A stretch of 48,445 nucleotides of DNA, from positions 1-48,445 of the IMG/VR virus record IMGVR_UViG_2571042005_000001. One strand, 5' to 3'. Within the stretch, counting starts at the first letter, position 1. Every line of letters starts with the position of its first letter. The notes beneath the pieces were generated by a model. It was given only the letters and a program-made list of their open reading frames with translations. It made no database searches and was not told the origin of the DNA. Below are positions 1 through 8,545 of this stretch, one piece after another. Made by a program: the position numbers and the translations under genes. The DNA comes from a virus (taxonomy: Duplodnaviria; Heunggongvirae; Uroviricota; Caudoviricetes).

Positions 1-4
1 CCAG

Positions 5-70
5 AACAGAGACCTTTTTGTGTGATTCACCCCCTCAAACAGAGACCTTTTTGTGTGGTTTTCACCCCCT
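5..70 (+). repeat. Iteron-like direct repeats upstream of rep
   Basis: AACAGAGACCTTTTTGTGTG at 5-24 and 38-57 (33 bp period), each followed by TTCACCCCCT; array may continue beyond the window edge. Confidence 0.8.
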
Positions 71-104
71 AAATGCGTCTGGAACGAAAGAAAAATCGTT
101 ACAC

Positions 105-148
105 TGATGTTGTTTTCTTTTAGTATTTAAATAAAAAAAACAACATCA
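105..148. promoter_or_regulatory. AT-rich inverted repeat in putative replication origin
   Basis: TGATGTTGTTTT (105-116) / AAAACAACATCA (137-148) around a 20-nt almost pure A/T loop, between iterons and rep. Confidence 0.6.
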
Positions 149-160
149 CCCTGGAGGAGC

Positions 161-1543
161 ATGCCCAAAAGCCAGAACAAAATTCCTGCTGAACGCCGTG
201 ACGAAATCAACATCGCCAGGCTGGGCATCATCAGCATCCAATCCCGGGTGGACACCAGTGTCACCCGATGGAAAACCGCCTTCGAAATTGACCGACGCCC
301 ATACCGCGTGGAATGCGTCGCACCCGATGGACGGCCCCATGGCATTGACTCCGACATTGTGCTGGCCATCCAGACCCTTTACGTGCGGGCAGGATGCCCA
401 GACCACGGCTGGGTGCACACCACCGCCTACGAACTCGTGGACCTCGCAGGCCTGCAGAAAAAAGGCGGCAGTTACCAGCGCATCAAAGAATCCCTCGTGC
501 GCCTCTACACCACCAGCTTCTTCGTCTCAGAAGGCTGGTACGACAAAAACAACCAGCGCAAATGGGGCACAGACACCATGCGCTACATCGACCGCATCAA
601 ATACCTCGGCAAAGACGAACAAACCGAACTGCCCGGGCTGGACCAGAGCTCCACCCTCAGCATCAAACTCGGCGAGCAACTCGCCGAAAGCATCCGGGCC
701 CGGTTCACCCACGTGCTTGATGGCAAACTGCTGCACCAACTGGAGCAACCCCCCGCAAGGGCCCTGTACCGCCTTCTGGAGGCCCACCGCACCACCGGAG
801 GCGTGCGCACCCTTGAACTCATCGTGAACCTCGACGACTGGCGTCACGCCTGCGGGATCAGCAGCGACCGGCCAGAAATCATCCGGCGCACCCTCACCCC
901 CGCCCACGAAGAACTCATTGCAGCAGGCTACCTGCAAGAAGTGCTGCTCGAAGGGCGCGGCAAAAAGCAAACCCTCACCTACCGGTTCCAGAACGACAAC
1001 GCCCCGGATCCGGCACTGGTGGAAATGCTCATCGGGGCTGGCTTCGCTCGGGGTGCCGCCACCGAAATGGTCAAAGTGCACGAAGACCGCATTGAACCCG
1101 CAGTGGCCTACGCCCGGCACCGCAAAGAAGCCGGCTACCAGGTCCGCAGCATGACCGGACTGATCGTGGACATCCTCAAAAACCCCGATCGTTACGTGCT
1201 GCCCAGCACCCAGAGCGTGACCACCGTGGCCCTCACTGAAATTGCACGCCTGCACGTCGAACAGGCCGAACAGCAGGCCCACAAAGAATTCGAAGCCCAG
1301 CAAGCACAACTCAAAACCCTCACCCCTGCAGAGCAGTACCAGGAAGCCAAACCCGCCCTGAACCTGCTCCTCAAAAAGCACCTCAGCAAAGACGAACTGA
1401 AACTGCTCGAACAGGCCTGCCTCTCCGGACGCATCCAAGCAGCAGAACTCAAAGACCAGGTGACTCTGGCCACCGGCAGGCTCACCCTCAGTCAATTCAT
1501 CCAAGACCTCAAAGCCCAATTGAACGAAAACCAGAACGACTGA
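161..1543 (+). CDS. repA: Plasmid replication initiator protein (RepA/RPA-like)
   Basis: GGAGG RBS; 460 aa; GRPHGIDSDIVLAIQTLY and ARALYRLLEAHR segments typical of winged-helix plasmid initiators; adjacent iterons. Confidence 0.85.
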   Translation: MPKSQNKIPAERRDEINIARLGIISIQSRVDTSVTRWKTAFEIDRRPYRVECVAPDGRPHGIDSDIVLAIQTLYVRAGCPDHGWVHTTAYELVDLAGLQKKGGSYQRIKESLVRLYTTSFFVSEGWYDKNNQRKWGTDTMRYIDRIKYLGKDEQTELPGLDQSSTLSIKLGEQLAESIRARFTHVLDGKLLHQLEQPPARALYRLLEAHRTTGGVRTLELIVNLDDWRHACGISSDRPEIIRRTLTPAHEELIAAGYLQEVLLEGRGKKQTLTYRFQNDNAPDPALVEMLIGAGFARGAATEMVKVHEDRIEPAVAYARHRKEAGYQVRSMTGLIVDILKNPDRYVLPSTQSVTTVALTEIARLHVEQAEQQAHKEFEAQQAQLKTLTPAEQYQEAKPALNLLLKKHLSKDELKLLEQACLSGRIQAAELKDQVTLATGRLTLSQFIQDLKAQLNENQND

Positions 1544-1933
1544 GTGTTTTCCGCAAACCCAAACCAGCCACTTTTGAGCATTAAGGAGCCGTGCCACATG
1601 CATGACACCACCTGAACCCCTCCCAAAAGACCACCCCTCCCCCACTCTGGGAGGGCTGCACAAAACGCCACAAGCGTGGAATAATCATTCCCAAGGACGG
1701 CTGGCGAGCCGGGAAAACGCAAAAAGGACCCCTGGGTGTGGGGACACCCAGGGGGAACGGACAAACAAATTGGTTTGATGGATCCCAAACCTCAGAACTT
1801 GGAATCCATCATAGCCGAAAAAGTCTCACCAGCGCAAGCGCTGGGCGGTGCCTCATTGCCTGAATTAAGGCGTGTTGCACATTGAAAGGCTATGGTTATC
1901 ATGCACATTCAAATTCAGCCAGAGCAGGAAACA

Positions 1934-2890
1934 ATGACCATCACCATCAGTTTTGCCGAGCGGAAGCAACTGCTCAGGACCTGCACCAATGCCTACGAGC
2001 TGGCGGGCCTCAGCATGGCCATGCTTGCCTGCGACCTCAGGCCCCTCGACAAATACGAAGAGCTGCCCTGCATGCTCGGGCGCACCGTCCGCAACGTCAT
2101 CAAAGGAGCCCAGCCGGTGCTTTCCGTATGTGCTGATGTAAGCAATTTGGAAGAATCAAAAGATTTCTTTGTTTCTGTAAGAGAGAAAAACAAAAACCGT
2201 ACATACCAACATACGGAAAGCATCCCCCAGGAGGACCGCGACCGCCTCCGGGACCTCTCCCAGAAATCCGGGGTGCGCCTCAGCCAGGTGTACGCCGCCC
2301 TGATCCGCCACGGCAACCCCCTCGACTTCCTGACTGGGCTTCTGCAGGACATTGCTGCAGCCCCCAGCTTCCAGAGGGTCATCAACGCCACTGGGCTTTT
2401 CGTCTCCCAGACCAAACTCGGGGAACGCCTGCAATTCCCTGCAGGGGTGCGCGAAGAGCAGGACCTGCAGGCCATCGAACAGCAAACGCAAGCGCTTGAA
2501 GCGCAGCGCAAAACCCAGAAACTCCTGGAGGATGCCGAGTGGCGTGAAGTCATCGGCGACACCCTGCTGGAAGGCATGACCGTGCGTTACCGGGGCGCGC
2601 AGTACACCCTCACTGCCCACCATGGTGATCACCTGACTTTGACCGGCTGGGACCAGGACGGTGAGTACCACGAGCAGGTTCAGCTCTCCGCCCTGACCCC
2701 CGGGAATTTCATGATTGTTCTTGCAGGCACTCCAGAGCCTTCCCTGCCTTCACCGGAGCCTGCACCAGCACCAGAAACACCCTTGGACATCGAGCGGGTG
2801 ATTCAGGAAGCCCTGAGTGCGGACCCCCTGACCGCGAAGTTCCTGAAGGGCCTGAAGCGCTCTGGAGGGGTGAAGGCGGCGCTTTCATGA
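1934..2890 (+). CDS. Hypothetical protein
   Basis: Long ORF (track 1892..2890); start placed at the ATG after GCAGGAA; no recognisable family. Confidence 0.7.
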   Translation: MTITISFAERKQLLRTCTNAYELAGLSMAMLACDLRPLDKYEELPCMLGRTVRNVIKGAQPVLSVCADVSNLEESKDFFVSVREKNKNRTYQHTESIPQEDRDRLRDLSQKSGVRLSQVYAALIRHGNPLDFLTGLLQDIAAAPSFQRVINATGLFVSQTKLGERLQFPAGVREEQDLQAIEQQTQALEAQRKTQKLLEDAEWREVIGDTLLEGMTVRYRGAQYTLTAHHGDHLTLTGWDQDGEYHEQVQLSALTPGNFMIVLAGTPEPSLPSPEPAPAPETPLDIERVIQEALSADPLTAKFLKGLKRSGGVKAALS

Positions 2891-2953
2891 AAGTGTTACG
2901 GATTTTCGGGTCTTTTTCGCCCATGAAGCCCTTTGAGGATTTATGCTGGAGGC

Positions 2954-3076
2954 ATGCGCCGATTCACGAAACACCTTTTGATCCTGTCCTTGCTGGCCGT
3001 CTCCTGCATTCCGACCGTTCACGCCCAAGTTCCGAGGCCACCCGGCAACTGCTCAGGCACCGGAAGTGGGTGCTGA
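2954..3076 (+). CDS. 40-aa secreted peptide precursor MRRFTKHLLILSLLAVSCIPTVHAQVPRPPGNCSGTGSGC (not in ORF track)
   Basis: TATGCT-6nt-ATG leaderless start; basic N-terminus, hydrophobic core, VHA-Q cleavage site; stop overlaps next ATG (TGATG). Confidence 0.75.
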   Translation: MRRFTKHLLILSLLAVSCIPTVHAQVPRPPGNCSGTGSGC

Positions 3077-3189
3077 TGAACGTCCAGAGAAACCCGGTGT
3101 GGGTGAAGCTGTGGCTGTTGGGGCTGTCCGCTCTGGCCCTGACAACCCTGCTGGGGCCTCCCGGCAACTGCTCTGGTGGGGGTTGCTGA
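3076..3189 (+). CDS. 37-aa hydrophobic peptide MNVQRNPVWVKLWLLGLSALALTTLLGPPGNCSGGGC
   Basis: Coupled start; shares C-terminal PPGNCSG..GC with the preceding peptide (DNA CCCGGCAACTGCTC in both). Confidence 0.75.
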   Translation: MNVQRNPVWVKLWLLGLSALALTTLLGPPGNCSGGGC

Positions 3190-3258
3190 AAGCCTTAGGC
3201 GACACCCCTTGACGCCCGAAAAACGTGTTTCAGAGAGGGTTTTTTGGTAGAATGGGTT

Positions 3259-4608
3259 ATGGTTGAGCATGCTTTGAAAACCCCTGAGCCTGTGAAAGAA
3301 AGGCCCCATTACCGCCGTTGGGCGGAGGTGCCGGAAGGACTGGTCACCAAAACCACCCTGAGACGGGAGGGCCTGAAGCCCGCCCCGAACCAGCAGCATG
3401 TGGCCACCGTGACATACGGGCCAAGCCGGGACACTGCCCTGCTGTACCGGCGCAGCGAAGCCGTTCCCAAAAAACCCCTCACCGAAGCCCAGAAAGCCGG
3501 AATCCTGAGGGCCCAGGAGACCCGGGCGGAAAATGAACGTCGGGCATACGAAAAAGAGTGGGCTCACCTGCAGGCCAGAGAGGAAGCCCGGCAGGCGCAG
3601 ATGGCTGAGGATTTCGAACGCCATTTGAAAGAAGCCCAACAGGAAGCCCTGCAGAACGTGCTGACTTTCCTTGAGCGTCACCCTCGGGACACCTGGCGGA
3701 TTCTGGACACCGAAACCACCGGTCTGCAAGGCGAGGTGATCAGCCTGAGCATCGTTGATGGGTACGGGAATGTGCTGTACGACCAGCTCCTCAGGCCCAT
3801 CCGGGATGAGATCGAGGAGGGTGCTTTCAGGGTGCACGGGATCCGGATGGAGGACCTGGAAGGCAAACCGTCATTCGCGGAGGTGTGGCACCTCGTTGAG
3901 CCCCTCTTGCGAGACAAGACCCTGCTGGCGTTCAATGCGGACTTTGATCGGGAGCGGCTGTATTACTCCCTGAGGCTCGACCCGAGTCCCTGCTGGCCGA
4001 AACCCACCCTTCTGGAGTGGGAGGGCCGGAACTCCTGGGTGTGTTTGATGCTGCTGGCCTCATCACGGCTGGGGTTCGTGAAGGAACACCGGGGGTACTT
4101 TGATGGGTTCTGGTGGTTGAAGCTCGACGAGGCCTGCTGGCGTGCAGCGATCACCCTCGGAAAGTTGCCCACCTTGAGGCCCAGGCACCAGGCCAAAGCG
4201 GACGCCCTGTCGTCCTTGGAGCTTTTGAATGACCTGCTGGAGCATGGGGCCAGAGAGCGGGACGGTCTGCCCGTGGAGCCTTTTTTGACGTGGCCGACTG
4301 CCGCTGAGGTGGAAGCGGCAGGGCTCGGGCACTGGGGCAGGGCATCATCGGCATGGCTGGAGATCACCCGAAAGGGTGCCGTGGTGGGCCGGGTGTTGTG
4401 GTGGCCAGTGAGCCGTTTGCTGCCTTGCTTCTGGGAGATGCACAAGAAACTCCCAGATCTGCCTTTTGAGGCGGTGCAGGCGTGGTGGACCGGGGCAGTG
4501 GAGAAAGCCCGGGCCTGCCAGCCGGGTGAGCTCGGTGAGTGCCGGCAGGTGATCGGAGAGTGGGGGTTCTCTCTGGACTGGTCCCCTGAACCCGAAGAAG
4601 AGGAATGA
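3259..4608 (+). CDS. DEDDh (DnaQ-like) 3'-5' exonuclease with N- and C-terminal extensions
   Basis: ILDTETTG, AFNADFD and HQAKADA motifs; TAGAAT-5nt-ATG leaderless start. Confidence 0.85.
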   Translation: MVEHALKTPEPVKERPHYRRWAEVPEGLVTKTTLRREGLKPAPNQQHVATVTYGPSRDTALLYRRSEAVPKKPLTEAQKAGILRAQETRAENERRAYEKEWAHLQAREEARQAQMAEDFERHLKEAQQEALQNVLTFLERHPRDTWRILDTETTGLQGEVISLSIVDGYGNVLYDQLLRPIRDEIEEGAFRVHGIRMEDLEGKPSFAEVWHLVEPLLRDKTLLAFNADFDRERLYYSLRLDPSPCWPKPTLLEWEGRNSWVCLMLLASSRLGFVKEHRGYFDGFWWLKLDEACWRAAITLGKLPTLRPRHQAKADALSSLELLNDLLEHGARERDGLPVEPFLTWPTAAEVEAAGLGHWGRASSAWLEITRKGAVVGRVLWWPVSRLLPCFWEMHKKLPDLPFEAVQAWWTGAVEKARACQPGELGECRQVIGEWGFSLDWSPEPEEEE

Positions 4609-4632
4609 CCGCAGCAATGCAGTTTACACATT

Positions 4633-4674
4633 TAACAGCAGATGTTTGTTGTTAAACAGATAACATCTGCTGTT
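4633..4674. repeat. 13-bp inverted repeat containing WAACA-type heptads
   Basis: AACAGCAGATGTT (4634-4646) / AACATCTGCTGTT (4662-4674); heptads TAACAGC, AAACAGA, TAACATC and reverse TAACAAC, AAACATC. Confidence 0.65.
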
Positions 4675-4679
4675 TGACG

Positions 4680-4724
4680 GAACTGAAAGCCCCCTTGCAG
4701 CACGCAGAGGGGGGTTTTCAGTTC
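4680..4724. terminator. Bidirectional intrinsic terminator
   Basis: GAACTGAAAGCCCCCT...AGGGGGGTTTTCAGTTC between convergent genes. Confidence 0.7.
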
Positions 4725-4969
4725 AGGTTTCTCTGGAAGGGGATTTCAGTGGGTTGCCCGTCAATGAACCGGATCTCGGGTTGCCAGGTGCGGAAATCTG
4801 GGGTGGCTTCCCCGAGGAGGAACAGGGGTTCCTCGAAAAGCTCGATCATGACTTGGTGGTGGATGCGGTGGCAGTTGGGGCAGGCGTAGGCCAACCCGAG
4901 GTCTGGCCAGTCAAAGTCGAAGGGGTGCTGGCAGGTGCAGCACTTGCCGTGGACCAGTTGGTCTTTCAT
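4718..4969 (-). CDS. Small Zn-finger-like hypothetical protein
   Basis: 83 aa with CCTCQH and CPNCHR motifs. Confidence 0.6.
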   Translation of the reverse strand: MKDQLVHGKCCTCQHPFDFDWPDLGLAYACPNCHRIHHQVMIELFEEPLFLLGEATPDFRTWQPEIRFIDGQPTEIPFQRNLN

Positions 4970-5163
4970 GGTTTCAGTTTTTCATGGGTGAGGGGTGCTG
5001 GGGTGGGTTGGTCTAGGGATCAGGGCTTTTTTGGAGTTTCTTCAAATTGACTTTGCGCTGTAATGCGTTTTAAGGGGTTTCGGGGTGCGGAAGGTATCAG
5101 AATACTCAAAAGGGTTTTGAGGGGGCTTGCTTTTGACTTGGCGCAATGGATTTCATCGTTAAA

Positions 5164-5188
5164 CGTTTAACAACTAACAGATAACTGC
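5164..5188 (+). repeat. Heptad cluster (parS-like)
   Basis: CGTTTAACAACTAACAGATAAC matches 7393-7414 at 20 of 22 positions. Confidence 0.65.
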
Positions 5189-5293
5189 TGATTCCTACGA
5201 TAAAGCGCACTATCGTAGACCCCTCCCAAGTTGCAGAGGACAAACCCCTCCGAGGGCTTTAAAATGAAAGGGCTCAATCCAATGGAGGCACCC

Positions 5294-5782
5294 ATGAAAT
5301 ACAGCAAGTTTGAACGGTTCAAAATGATTCAGCAAATGCGCATCCTCAAAGCCCTTTACCCCCTGCAGGCAGAGCAGTATCAGGAGAACATCAAAGTTCT
5401 GGAAAACGGCTTTGAACTCGAAATAGACGAATTGAGCGATGGGCTCTACGAAGGGCTCGATCGGCATGGATGCGAAGAAGTTCGAGCCATTCTGGACATG
5501 GTGGCCGTGATGCAGCGCTCGAACGAAAACCTCGGGTTTCCCATCCCAGAAGAAAAAGTGAAATTCCAGGGTTTTGCAGGCAACGATCACTTTGCCCAGC
5601 ACTCCTACATCAAGCACCTGATCGATGACACCAAAGAATATGAGTATATTAAAGGCGTGTTGAACAGTCACAACCCCTACACGTTTCCTTCCTATCAGAA
5701 AATGCTGGAGCGCTGGCGGAGTTGGGGGCAACCTCACCAAATGAGCGCTGAGAAAATTTTGGAGCTTCTAGACTCCCAGTGA
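5294..5782 (+). CDS. yfbU: YfbU (UPF0304) family protein
   Basis: GGAGG RBS; ERFKMIQQMRILKALYP, VKFQGFAGND, LNSH and YQKMLERW align by eye with YfbU. Confidence 0.75.
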   Translation: MKYSKFERFKMIQQMRILKALYPLQAEQYQENIKVLENGFELEIDELSDGLYEGLDRHGCEEVRAILDMVAVMQRSNENLGFPIPEEKVKFQGFAGNDHFAQHSYIKHLIDDTKEYEYIKGVLNSHNPYTFPSYQKMLERWRSWGQPHQMSAEKILELLDSQ

Positions 5783-6601
5783 TTATGCAGCTCCACGTGT
5801 GCAGTAATCAAAATCAGTAATGCTCAGCAACTCCCGGAGGTTCTGCACAGCCAGAGCTGCTCTGGATTGCTGGGTCATGGGGCCTTGCTGGACCCGCCCC
5901 TGCCAGTTCCAACCGTAAGCGGCCCACTGCACGTAACTGCTTGAATCGCTGGAGTGCACCCCGAGGTCTTGCATGAGGTGGATCAGTTCAGGGGTCCCGA
6001 GGCCAAAGGCATGCACGTGCATGGGTCCGCTTTCCTCCAGCACCGTTTCCAGCACCTGCTGGACCGCCCTGAGGTCTCTGGCTTTCGGGACCAGAGCACC
6101 CACCCCCACCCCGTCGAACCCGGCATCTCGGTAGATGCGAACGGCTTCTTTTGCGGTTTCCGGGCACAGGGTTTGCAGGCTGGCGTAAAGCCGCATGGTT
6201 TTCTGCTTGCGGTTTTTGATTGCCCACAGGGCATTCAGGATTGTGTAGTGGTACCGGCGCTTCTGCTCCTGCCAGTCCTGCTCGGGCAGCACCATGAAAT
6301 CCAGCGTGAAAGCAGTGCTGGCGTGCCGTTCCTGCAGGGCCAGCACCCCTTGAGGGGTGAGGGTCTCCCCTTTCACGGTCATGCTGGCATGGTCCCCTCG
6401 GGGGTGGAGCCGGGTGCTTTCGTGCCGACTGGCGAAGCCGCCACTGTCGATCATCAGTTTCACGGGTGGCTTGCCGGGTGGGAGTTGCAAAGCGGACTGG
6501 TGGGACACCATCACGGTGTCCACCAGAGCAGGCAGGTGGGGGCGCACCAGGTCATCGATGGGGAAGCGGCCCCCAAAGGTGGTGACCGGAATGAACTTCA
6601 T
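5783..6601 (-). CDS. tRNA-guanine transglycosylase fold protein (TGT/DpdA-like)
   Basis: IDSGGF, FTLD, HVHAFG and SDSSSY motifs in TGT order; ATGA overlap with upstream gene. Confidence 0.8.
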   Translation of the reverse strand: MKFIPVTTFGGRFPIDDLVRPHLPALVDTVMVSHQSALQLPPGKPPVKLMIDSGGFASRHESTRLHPRGDHASMTVKGETLTPQGVLALQERHASTAFTLDFMVLPEQDWQEQKRRYHYTILNALWAIKNRKQKTMRLYASLQTLCPETAKEAVRIYRDAGFDGVGVGALVPKARDLRAVQQVLETVLEESGPMHVHAFGLGTPELIHLMQDLGVHSSDSSSYVQWAAYGWNWQGRVQQGPMTQQSRAALAVQNLRELLSITDFDYCTRGAA

Positions 6602-7074
6602 GCTTCCCCCTGCTCGAAAGCCTGCTGGTAGCATTCCAGCACCTCCTCGGCACTCTGGAACAGTCGGGGTTCAGGGTCGAATTCGTCGTGGAGCATGGCG
6701 TGCCACTGGCCATTCCCGAGGCAAAGCAGGTCCATGTGGCCTTCTGGACCTTGCAGGTTGGCGATGATGCGCAGTCCACGTTGCTCGAATTCCAGAGCGG
6801 CTTTGAGCTCCTCGGGGGTGTGGACGTTCAGGCCGGTGTGGATGGCTTCGATGCACTCTTCTACGGTGCGGTGGTTGCCTTGCGCCCAGAGCACGAAGAA
6901 GGGGACGTTGTTGGTGAGGATCTGCCAGCCGGTGAGGGTGTAGGGGGCGGAGAGTGCGCGGCTGGGCATGCCAATTTCGTGATCTCCGATTTCAAACAGG
7001 AAAAATTGGTCTTTGGTGTTGTTGAAAAGGGGAAAGCCGAGGGCTTCTTCGATGGCAGCGAAGTCTGGGTTCAT
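6598..7074 (-). CDS. Hypothetical protein
   Basis: Starts MNPDFAAIEE; ATGA-coupled to both neighbours. Confidence 0.75.
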   Translation of the reverse strand: MNPDFAAIEEALGFPLFNNTKDQFFLFEIGDHEIGMPSRALSAPYTLTGWQILTNNVPFFVLWAQGNHRTVEECIEAIHTGLNVHTPEELKAALEFEQRGLRIIANLQGPEGHMDLLCLGNGQWHAMLHDEFDPEPRLFQSAEEVLECYQQAFEQGEA

Positions 7075-7250
7075 GCGGCTACCCCATCGGTTTCCACTTC
7101 GATTTCGATGTTTCCGGTGCCTTCGCATTCGGGGCAGGTCACTTCGTCGATCTCGGGGTAAACTTGCCCGTTAGAGTATGAGCGGCTTGTTTTGAAGAGG
7201 GTTCCGTGGCCTTGGCAGTAAGTGCATTCGGTGGTTTCAAAGTGGGTCAT
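7071..7250 (-). CDS. 59-aa protein with DnaJ-type Zn finger (not in ORF track)
   Basis: MTHFETTECTYCQGHG...CPECEGTG; AAGGAG RBS from the family A leader. Confidence 0.75.
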   Translation of the reverse strand: MTHFETTECTYCQGHGTLFKTSRSYSNGQVYPEIDEVTCPECEGTGNIEIEVETDGVAA

Positions 7251-7346
7251 GTTGGTCTCCTTTGGGGTTGGGTGTCGCGCGTTTGCTTCCCGGCTGGGCG
7301 CGTCCTGATGTCATTTATTGTATATCGGATAGATATACTTGTCAAC
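7248..7346 (-). promoter_or_regulatory. Family A promoter/leader, copy 1
   Basis: TTGACA-17-TACAAT, palindrome GTATATC-N5-GATATAC, hairpin and RBS; 98/99 identical to 10596-10694. Confidence 0.9.
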
Positions 7347-7392
7347 AGGTGAAAACGCGAAAAAGCCCTTGTGGGAAACTGTAAAATAAAAT

Positions 7393-7417
7393 CGTTTAAC
7401 AGCTAACAGAAAACAGA
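7393..7417 (+). repeat. Heptad cluster upstream of parA (parS/operator-like)
   Basis: TAACAGC TAACAGA AAACAGA in tandem just upstream of the parA -10. Confidence 0.7.
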
Positions 7418-7454
7418 AAATGTTTAAATTCACACAATCTGCTATGATCGAAAA

Positions 7455-8009
7455 ATGGCAACCAACCAGAAATTTGTGATGGTGGCATCAGGGAAAGGCG
7501 GCGTGGGCAAAACCACCACTACCGTGCACCTGGCCTACCTGCTGCAAGGGGTGATCGTGGACCTTGACCCCAAACAATCCACCCAGTATTTCAGCAACCT
7601 CAAAAGCCCAGTGATTGGCCTGCAAGACACCCTGCCAGAGGGCATGAATGTGATTGTGGATTTGCCTCCAAGCGCAGAGCTGGTGCAGAAGTACGCCCAG
7701 CATTATGCGGCGGCCATGACCCATGTGATCATCCCGGTGCAGCCCACCGCTGAAGATTACGCACTGGCCCGCAACCTGCACGGCATTTTTTCGGTGTTTC
7801 CGAGGGTCAAAGTGGGCATCCTCCTGAATTTCCTCGGGAACGATCGGGATTCCAAAATTGCTCCTTCTTTGATCAAAGACACTTTCAAATGGGATTTGAT
7901 CGGCCAGATCGGTTACAAGCCTGCCGTTTTCAGATCGGTGCGCGCTGCCGGAATTTCCATTGATTCGGTGGACTGCTACATGCCCACCTGCTTGTGGGTG
8001 AACTCCTGA
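7455..8009 (+). CDS. parA: ParA family partition ATPase (short, type Ib-like)
   Basis: Deviant Walker A SGKGGVGKTT, VDLDP, IVDLPP, IIPVQP; TATGAT-6nt-ATG leaderless start. Confidence 0.9.
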   Translation: MATNQKFVMVASGKGGVGKTTTTVHLAYLLQGVIVDLDPKQSTQYFSNLKSPVIGLQDTLPEGMNVIVDLPPSAELVQKYAQHYAAAMTHVIIPVQPTAEDYALARNLHGIFSVFPRVKVGILLNFLGNDRDSKIAPSLIKDTFKWDLIGQIGYKPAVFRSVRAAGISIDSVDCYMPTCLWVNS

Positions 8010-8359
8010 TGGCTGCGAAAAAGAAAACCACTGAAGAACTGCTGGAGGAAAGACGCCAGCAGGTGATGCAACAAACCGAAAAAACCTCTGAAAACTGGAA
8101 GGCCCTCAAGGCCCCAGAGCTTCCCGCCATCAAGCCCACCGAGGCCTCTGCTTCATCACCAGTGCTCACTGAACTTTTGGGTTACCGGGTGAGTGAACGG
8201 CAAAAACAATGGCTGGCTTACCATGCCGAGCAGCAAGGCATCACCTTGACCTTGATGCTCGAGGAGCTGGTGAATGCCCGGTATGGCATGCCTCCAGAGA
8301 ACTGGGTTGCGCCTTCCCATTTGCGGAAGAAGCGCAAGAGCAGGCGTGGCCACCGTTGA
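8009..8359 (+). CDS. Small ParA partner, probable ribbon-helix-helix centromere-binding protein
   Basis: TGATG coupling to parA; flexible N-terminus then YRVSERQKQWLAYHAEQQGITLTLMLEELV (RHH-like). Confidence 0.65.
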   Translation: MAAKKKTTEELLEERRQQVMQQTEKTSENWKALKAPELPAIKPTEASASSPVLTELLGYRVSERQKQWLAYHAEQQGITLTLMLEELVNARYGMPPENWVAPSHLRKKRKSRRGHR

Positions 8360-8381
8360 GTTAGCTGTTAGTTGTTAAACA
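8357..8381 (-). repeat. Heptad cluster downstream of par operon
   Basis: Reverse complement TGTTTAACAACTAACAGCTAAC matches 5164-5185 at 20 of 22 positions. Confidence 0.7.
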
Positions 8382-8433
8382 TCAGACCTGCATTGCGCGG
8401 GTCTGTTTTTTTGGCTCTGGGAGCCAGAGGGGG

Positions 8434-8545
8434 CTGACAAGTACATCAATCTGATATACAATTAAATCAAGGAAAACGAGCGCCCAGCCGGGAAGCAAAC
8501 GCGCTCGTCACACCCAATCCAACCCCCTGAAGGAGAAGGACCATG
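8434..8545 (+). promoter_or_regulatory. Family A promoter/leader, divergent copy 2
   Basis: CTGACA-17-TACAAT; GTACATC-N5-GATATAC; stem ACGAGCGC/GCGCTCGT around the invariant loop CCAGCCGGGAAGCAAAC. Confidence 0.85.

Noticed and set aside
2887-3189. Single 100-aa ORF from the track
   Set aside because: The N-terminal two thirds look non-coding in that frame; a 40-aa ORF in another frame with a promoter, signal peptide and TGATG coupling explains the region better
7393-7417. Deinococcus RDRM (DdrO box)
   Set aside because: Only one half-site resembles the 17-bp palindrome; the pattern is direct heptad repeats
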